Assembly (NCBI GenBank): GCA_045537895.1 | Contig: JAZSQI010000012.1 | Span: 53,535-117,534 of the forward strand | Direction of reading: 5' to 3' | Length of the DNA: 64,000 bases | DNA from: Clostridia bacterium | Lineage (GTDB): Bacteria > Bacillota > Clostridia > TANB77 > CAG-465 | In this document: positions 58,797 to 64,000 of the stretch, in pieces | Position numbering within the stretch: the first letter of the stretch is position 1 | How the letters are laid out: every line of letters starts with the position of its first letter | Position numbers and translations under genes: made by a program | The notes under the pieces: generated by a model | Seen by the model: only the letters and a program-made list of their open reading frames with translations | Databases searched by the model: none | Told to the model about the DNA's origin: nothing

Positions 58797-60626
58797 TTAT
58801 TCTTTTGTGTCATCCTCTACTTTGTAATCTGCATCATGAACAACATTATCTGCACCTTCAGCAGCACCTTCTGCTTGCTGACCAGCTGCTGCTTGAGCTT
58901 CAGCATAAAGTTTTTGAGATATTTCATAGAATACTTGTGTTAACTTTTCACTAGCTGATTTTATAGCTTCAACGTCTGTGCCTTCTAATGCTTTCTTAAC
59001 GTTAGCTACTTCTACTTCTACTTTAGATTTTTCTTCGTCAGAAATTTTACCTTCTAATTCTTTTAAAGTTTTTTCTGTATTGTATACAAGAGAATCAGCA
59101 TTGTTTCTAGCTTCAACTTCTTCTTTTCTCTTCTTATCTTCTGCTGCATGTGCTTCAGCTTCTTTAACTGCTTTATCGATTTCTTCTTCAGTAAGATTTG
59201 TAGATGCAGTTATAGCTATTTTTTGTTCATTATTTGTAGCCATATCTTTAGCTGACACGTGAACTATACCATTAGCATCGATATCAAAAGATACTTCGAT
59301 TTGAGGAACTCCTCTTGGTGCAGGTGGTATACCAGTTAAGCTAAATCTTCCTAATGTTTTATTATATGCAGCTATTTCTCTTTCTCCTTGAAGAACATGA
59401 ACTTCAACTGATGTTTGACCATCTGCTGCTGTTGAGAATATTTGAGATTTTTTAGCTGGAATTGTTGTATTTCTTTCAATAAGTTTTGTAAATACTCCAC
59501 CATAAGTTTCAATTCCTAATGATAAAGGTGTTACATCAAGAAGAACTAAATCTTTTACTTCTCCTGTTAAAACTCCACCTTGAATTGCTGCACCAACTGC
59601 AACACATTCATCAGGATTTATTCCTTTATATGGTTCTTTACCAGTTATTCTCTTAACTGTTTCTTGTACTAGAGGTATTCTTGTAGAACCACCAACTAAT
59701 AATACTTTATCAATTTTTTCAAATGTAAGACCAGAATCTTTTATAGCTTGATTAACAGGACCTACTGTAGATTCTACTAAATCCCCAATTAATTCTTCAA
59801 ATTTAGCCTTTGTTAAAACTATATCTAAGTGTTTTGGTCCAGCTGAATCTGCTGTTATAAATGGAAGATTAATTTGAGCTTGGGCAACTGAAGAAAGCTC
59901 TATTTTAGCTTTTTCTGCTGCTTCTTTTAATCTTTGCATAGCCATATTATCTTGTGATAAATCTATACCATTGTCTTTCTTAAATTCTGCTACTAAATAT
60001 TCCATAATTCTATCATCGAAGTCATCTCCACCAAGTTTGTTATTTCCTGCTGTAGATAAAACTTCAAATACACCATCACCAATATCTAGTATAGAAACGT
60101 CGAATGTTCCTCCACCTAAGTCATAAACCATTATTTTTTGGTCTCCATCTTTATCTAATCCATAAGCTAAAGATGCAGCTGTTGGTTCATTTATAATTCT
60201 AAGAACTTCAAGACCTGCAATTCTACCAGCATCTTTTGTTGCTTGTCTTTGAGAGTCACTAAAGTATGCAGGTACAGTTATAACTGCTTGAGTTACAGTT
60301 GTTCCTAAATAACCTTCAGCATCTGACTTTAATTTTTGAAGTAACATTGCTGATAATTCTTGTGGTGTATAATCCTTATCATCTATTTTAACTTTTTTAT
60401 CAGAACCCATATCTCTTTTTATTGATATTACTGTTCTATCATGATTAGTAACTGCCTGTCTTTTTGCAACTTGACCTACTAATCTTTCCCCATTTTTAGC
60501 AAATGCTACAACAGATGGAGTTGTTCTTGCTCCTTCTGAATTAGGGATTACTGTTGGCTCACCGTTTTCAATAACTGCAACGCATGAGTTTGTTGTTCCT
60601 AAGTCAATTCCTATAACTTTTGACAT
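58797..60626 (-). CDS. dnaK: Molecular chaperone DnaK (Hsp70)
   Basis: Hsp70 signatures IDLGTTNS and DLGGGTFD. 609 aa. Confidence 0.97.
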   Translation of the reverse strand: MSKVIGIDLGTTNSCVAVIENGEPTVIPNSEGARTTPSVVAFAKNGERLVGQVAKRQAVTNHDRTVISIKRDMGSDKKVKIDDKDYTPQELSAMLLQKLKSDAEGYLGTTVTQAVITVPAYFSDSQRQATKDAGRIAGLEVLRIINEPTAASLAYGLDKDGDQKIMVYDLGGGTFDVSILDIGDGVFEVLSTAGNNKLGGDDFDDRIMEYLVAEFKKDNGIDLSQDNMAMQRLKEAAEKAKIELSSVAQAQINLPFITADSAGPKHLDIVLTKAKFEELIGDLVESTVGPVNQAIKDSGLTFEKIDKVLLVGGSTRIPLVQETVKRITGKEPYKGINPDECVAVGAAIQGGVLTGEVKDLVLLDVTPLSLGIETYGGVFTKLIERNTTIPAKKSQIFSTAADGQTSVEVHVLQGEREIAAYNKTLGRFSLTGIPPAPRGVPQIEVSFDIDANGIVHVSAKDMATNNEQKIAITASTNLTEEEIDKAVKEAEAHAAEDKKRKEEVEARNNADSLVYNTEKTLKELEGKISDEEKSKVEVEVANVKKALEGTDVEAIKSASEKLTQVFYEISQKLYAEAQAAAGQQAEGAAEGADNVVHDADYKVEDDTKE

Positions 60627-60710
60627 AATAAATTCCTCCTATTAATACTTCATTATATTTATTATATATGTAAACTTTTATATAGACTATATATAAAAGT
60701 ATTTACCAAA

Positions 60711-61313
60711 TTAATTTGCAACTTTTACCATTGCGTGTCTTATAACTTTATCTTTTATTTTATAACCTTTTCTAAATACTTCTGTTATTTCTTTTTCACC
60801 AAAATTTTCATCGTCTACATGCATAACTGCTTCATGTAACATTGGGTCAAACTCTTTTCCAATACTTTCTATTTCTTCTACTCCATATTTTGATATTACT
60901 TCTTTTATTTGTCCATAAATCATTTCCATTCCAGTTTTAAATTTTTCATCTGCTGATTCATGTGAAAGCGCTGTATCGAAATTATCTAATATTGGAAGTA
61001 AATTCTCAACTATATCTGCTACTATAACTGTATGCAATGTTTCTTTTTCTTTAACTATTCTCTTTTTATAATTATCAAAATCTGCCATATTTCTTTTTAA
61101 CGAATCATAATATTCATCTGCAAGTTTTTTTTGCTCCATTAAATCTTCATTTAATTTTGATATATATTCGTCTGCTTTGTCTGCTGTTAAATTCTTTTTA
61201 GTAGATGTTTTTTTATTTTTTGTTTCTTTTTCCTCTACTATTTCATTTGCCAGATTTTCATTTTCTAATATTTCTTTATTTTCATTTGCCAATTTAAGCA
61301 TCCTCCTCTTCAT
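60711..61313 (-). CDS. grpE: Nucleotide exchange factor GrpE
   Basis: 200 aa with a coiled-coil N-terminal half and a C-terminal GrpE beta domain (…HEAVMHV…). Confidence 0.9.
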   Translation of the reverse strand: MKRRMLKLANENKEILENENLANEIVEEKETKNKKTSTKKNLTADKADEYISKLNEDLMEQKKLADEYYDSLKRNMADFDNYKKRIVKEKETLHTVIVADIVENLLPILDNFDTALSHESADEKFKTGMEMIYGQIKEVISKYGVEEIESIGKEFDPMLHEAVMHVDDENFGEKEITEVFRKGYKIKDKVIRHAMVKVAN

Positions 61314-62328
61314 TATTGCTAAATATATTCTTTAGCTTATTATTTACATATTTTAAAGTAGCAATTGCTTTCGAATAATCTGTTCTTTTGGGTCCTAACA
61401 CTGCAAGTTTAGTATTCATATTAGTATTTTCCATATCTAAAGAAATAATACTGTAATCTTTCAATATAATATCTTTGTGCTCACTTCCTATTACTATAGA
61501 AATATCATTTTCTTTTATTTTTTCCATTACATCACTTATGATTTGTTTTGTATTTAATATGTTAAGTAGTTCTTTCATTTTAGATGTATCAGCAAACTCT
61601 GGAATTTCAAGAAGTGAGTTAACATCGGTCTTAATATTTTTACCTGACTTATCTTTCATCTCATAATTTAATGATATTGCAAGTGCACTTAATATATCAG
61701 AAAAGCTACTTAACTGATTATTAATTGCTGAATTTAAAATATCTGGCAAAGTCTCAAGTGGTGTTCCTTTTAAATTTTTGTTTAATAGTTTATTTAATTC
61801 ATCTAACTTTTCTTCAGGAACCGTATCAGTAATTTTAACTATTACATCTTTAACTGTCCCTGCTTTAGACATTAATACTATAAGTAATATTTTTTCTGAC
61901 ACTTTTAATATCTTAATATTTTCAATTACATCTTTATTTTCTATATGTAACACTGCTGGTAATTTTAGTATCTTGGATATTACATTTGCAGCATTTTCTA
62001 AAGTTGCCTCTGCATCCCCATAACTTACTATATTATTATTTATATAATCTACTTCTACCATTGTAAGAATATTTTCCTTCATAAGATTATCTACATAGTA
62101 TCTATAGCCTTTAGTAGAAGGTACTCTACCTGCAGATATATGTGGTTGTTCTAGAAGTCCAATATCTTCTAACTGCTTCATTTCATTTCTAATGGTAGCC
62201 GAGCTAAATTCTCTTTCATACTTTTCTGCAATAGTTTTAGATGCAACTGGTTCTGCTGATTCAATATAATTTTCAACAACTGTAGCAAGTATTTTTTTCT
62301 TCCTCTCATCTAAATTCATATGCATCAC
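61294..62328 (-). CDS. hrcA: Heat-inducible transcription repressor HrcA
   Basis: 344 aa with an N-terminal winged HTH (LDERKKKILATVVENYI...), directly downstream of a CIRCE element. Start may be the ATG at 62319. Confidence 0.9.
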   Translation of the reverse strand: MMHMNLDERKKKILATVVENYIESAEPVASKTIAEKYEREFSSATIRNEMKQLEDIGLLEQPHISAGRVPSTKGYRYYVDNLMKENILTMVEVDYINNNIVSYGDAEATLENAANVISKILKLPAVLHIENKDVIENIKILKVSEKILLIVLMSKAGTVKDVIVKITDTVPEEKLDELNKLLNKNLKGTPLETLPDILNSAINNQLSSFSDILSALAISLNYEMKDKSGKNIKTDVNSLLEIPEFADTSKMKELLNILNTKQIISDVMEKIKENDISIVIGSEHKDIILKDYSIISLDMENTNMNTKLAVLGPKRTDYSKAIATLKYVNNKLKNIFSNNEEEDA

Positions 62329-62337
62329 CTTTATATT

Positions 62338-62364
62338 TTAGCACTCTTTTGCCTCGAGTGCTAA
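62338..62364. promoter_or_regulatory. CIRCE operator (TTAGCACTC-N9-GAGTGCTAA), HrcA binding site
   Basis: Exact match to the CIRCE consensus inverted repeat, in the hrcA leader. Confidence 0.9.
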
Positions 62365-62375
62365 CTCATGTATAT

Positions 62376-62404
62376 ATAATAATACCAATTGCATATAAAG
62401 TCAA
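62376..62404 (-). promoter_or_regulatory. Sigma-A promoter of the hrcA-grpE-dnaK-dnaJ operon (TTGACT-17-TATTAT, minus strand), embedded in a 10-bp-arm inverted repeat (ataccaattg...caattggtat, 62383..62416)
   Basis: Reverse complement reads ttgactttatatgcaattggtattattat. The inverted repeat probably also serves as the rpoD terminator. Confidence 0.5.
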
Positions 62405-62449
62405 TACAATTGGTATATTTTTTGTGATTTTTTTGCAACTTGTATATTA

Positions 62450-63838
62450 CTATTTATCTGTACTCATAAAATCTTTTAATCTTTTACTTCTGCTTGGATG
62501 TCTAAGTTTTCTTAAAGCCTTAGCTTCAATTTGTCTTATTCTTTCTCTTGTTACCATAAACTCTTTTCCAACTTCTTCAAGAGTTCTAGTTCTCCCGTCT
62601 TCTAAGCCAAATCTTAATCTTAAAACTTTTGCTTCTCTTGGCGTAAGTGTTTCCATTACATCTTCAATCTGTTCTCTTAAAAGCACATCTGCAGCTTGAT
62701 CAGATGGTGATGGTGCGTCATCATCAGGAATAAAGTTACCAATATTACTATCTTCTTCTTCACCTACAGGAGTTTCTAAAGAAATAGGTTCTTGAGCTAT
62801 TTTTAATATTTCTCTTACTTTTTCCACAGGCATTTCCATCTCTTCAGCTATTTCTTCTGGTGTTGGTTCTCTCCCCATAACTTGAAGCAAGTGTCTAGAT
62901 GTTCTGATTAATCTATTTATTGTTTCTACCATATGCACTGGTATTCTTATTGTTCTTGCTTGGTCTGCTATTGATCTAGTTATAGCCTGTCTAATCCACC
63001 ATGTTGCATATGTACTAAATTTGTAACCTTTAGATGGATCAAATTTATCAACTGCTTTTATAAGGCCAAGATTTCCTTCTTGTATTAAATCTAAGAAGTG
63101 CATTCCTCTACCAATATATCTTTTTGCAATACTAACAACTAATCTTAGGTTAGATTCAACAAGTATTTTCTTTGCCTCTTTATCTCCTTCAACCATTTTA
63201 TATGCTAAATCAGTTTCTTCTTCTAGTGAAAGAAGTGGTATTTTACCAATTTCTTTTAAAAACATTCTAACTGGATCATCAACATTTAATGTTTCTGTGA
63301 AAGATATATCATTTATATCTTCAAGCAATATATCTTTTTCTATCTCACTTATATCTTCTAAATTAGGTTCAATTTCAAGTTCTGCTATTGTTTGAGCAAC
63401 ATTTTCACCTGAAGTAAGTTTATCTACTAAAATTTCTTTTTCATCATCATTATCTTCAAGTAGCTCTAAATTATCATCTACATCAGGGCTATCACCTAAA
63501 GAACCTGGTTTAATATCTTCTTCTATCATTTTAATTCCAGCTTCATCAAGCTTTTCATATAATTTTGCAACCTCTGCTGGATCTAATTTATTTTTATCTA
63601 AAAAGTTAACTACATCTTTATATGTATATATATTATTTTCTTTAAGCAATGAAACAAATTTATCAGCATCTATATTATCTTCTTTTTTTACTTCTGCTAT
63701 TTCAAGCTGAACATTTGTATCTTCTACATTCTCCACCTTTTTTGTAGCTTTCTTTGATGTTTTTTTCTCTTTTACGTTCTTTTCCTCTACTGCTTCTATT
63801 TTCTCTTCGATGTTTTCTTCTTTTTTACTTCTTCCCAT
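62450..63838 (-). CDS. rpoD: RNA polymerase primary sigma factor (sigma-70/SigA)
   Basis: Acidic region 1.1, region 2 ([33 protein letters not shown]) and region 4 ([33 protein letters not shown]), all near-identical in pattern to RpoD. Confidence 0.9.
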   Translation of the reverse strand: MGRSKKEENIEEKIEAVEEKNVKEKKTSKKATKKVENVEDTNVQLEIAEVKKEDNIDADKFVSLLKENNIYTYKDVVNFLDKNKLDPAEVAKLYEKLDEAGIKMIEEDIKPGSLGDSPDVDDNLELLEDNDDEKEILVDKLTSGENVAQTIAELEIEPNLEDISEIEKDILLEDINDISFTETLNVDDPVRMFLKEIGKIPLLSLEEETDLAYKMVEGDKEAKKILVESNLRLVVSIAKRYIGRGMHFLDLIQEGNLGLIKAVDKFDPSKGYKFSTYATWWIRQAITRSIADQARTIRIPVHMVETINRLIRTSRHLLQVMGREPTPEEIAEEMEMPVEKVREILKIAQEPISLETPVGEEEDSNIGNFIPDDDAPSPSDQAADVLLREQIEDVMETLTPREAKVLRLRFGLEDGRTRTLEEVGKEFMVTRERIRQIEAKALRKLRHPSRSKRLKDFMSTDK

Positions 63839-63925
63839 TTTTCACACTCCATAAAATTATATATAATAAATATACACTATTTAACAAAAAATTACAACAT
63901 TAGTATACTATTAAATACAATATTT

Positions 63926-64000
63926 TTATTTTAATTTACCTCTACTAATTATTATCTGATTTAATTCTATAGATAACAAGTCTCTTTCATCTTTAGAAAC
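63926..64000 (-). CDS. 3' end of an upstream gene (…VSKDERDLLSIELNQIIISRGKLK*); position suggests DNA primase dnaG
   Basis: Open frame running off the window end. The stop sits 88 nt upstream of rpoD, and dnaG–rpoD synteny is conserved in Firmicutes. Confidence 0.3.
   Translation of the reverse strand, partial: VSKDERDLLSIELNQIIISRGKLK

Noticed and set aside
1-64000. Scan for CRISPR arrays, rRNA and tRNA genes, and IS elements or transposases
   Set aside because: No spaced direct-repeat arrays, no tRNA-like GTTCGA/T-loop contexts outside CDSs, and no transposase-like ORFs or terminal inverted repeats were found. The only recombinase is the XerD-like gene described above.

Overview
This is a very AT-rich (about 28% GC) chromosomal segment from an endospore-forming, low-GC Firmicute, most likely a Clostridium-type genome. 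It is mostly a core-gene backbone. Identified units: the complete spoIIIAA–AH sporulation channel operon; tig–clpP–clpX; a gatC–gatA–proS–gatB operon; trmB; secG–rnr; a cysS–femAB–pgeF block; an LCP protein; a ruvB–queH–(hypothetical)–thrS unit; murA–MBL hydrolase–rlmH; an abrB homologue; smpB; a dacF-like carboxypeptidase; rsmE; and the heat-shock locus rpoD–(CIRCE)–hrcA–grpE–dnaK–dnaJ. No rRNA, tRNA, CRISPR array or obvious prophage was seen. Accessory or unusual content sits between these blocks and is described in the findings. (1) A large split cyclic β-1,2-glucan-synthase-like pair with a membrane GT domain, a GH144-like domain and a separate GH94 ORF. (2) A small protein fusing a sigma-70 region-4 HTH to an RNAP α-CTD-like HhH domain. 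(3) A 1.8 kb module after clpX holding a LysM membrane protein, a Cys4 zinc-ribbon protein and a XerD-like tyrosine recombinase, bracketed by 32 nt direct repeats with a perfect 14 bp palindromic core. (4) A WG-repeat/GNAT/membrane-protein cluster. (5) A stand-alone protein with two Spo0A C-terminal-type DNA-binding domains. (6) A soluble chimeric AAA+ protease joining ClpA-type N and D1 domains to an FtsH-type M41 peptidase domain, divergent from a highly Cys-rich K/E-repeat small protein. (7) A three-gene cluster with a TIGR03960-like radical-SAM homologue that lacks the CxxxCxxC motif. All calls rest on reading the translated ORFs and sequence motifs; no database search was possible.
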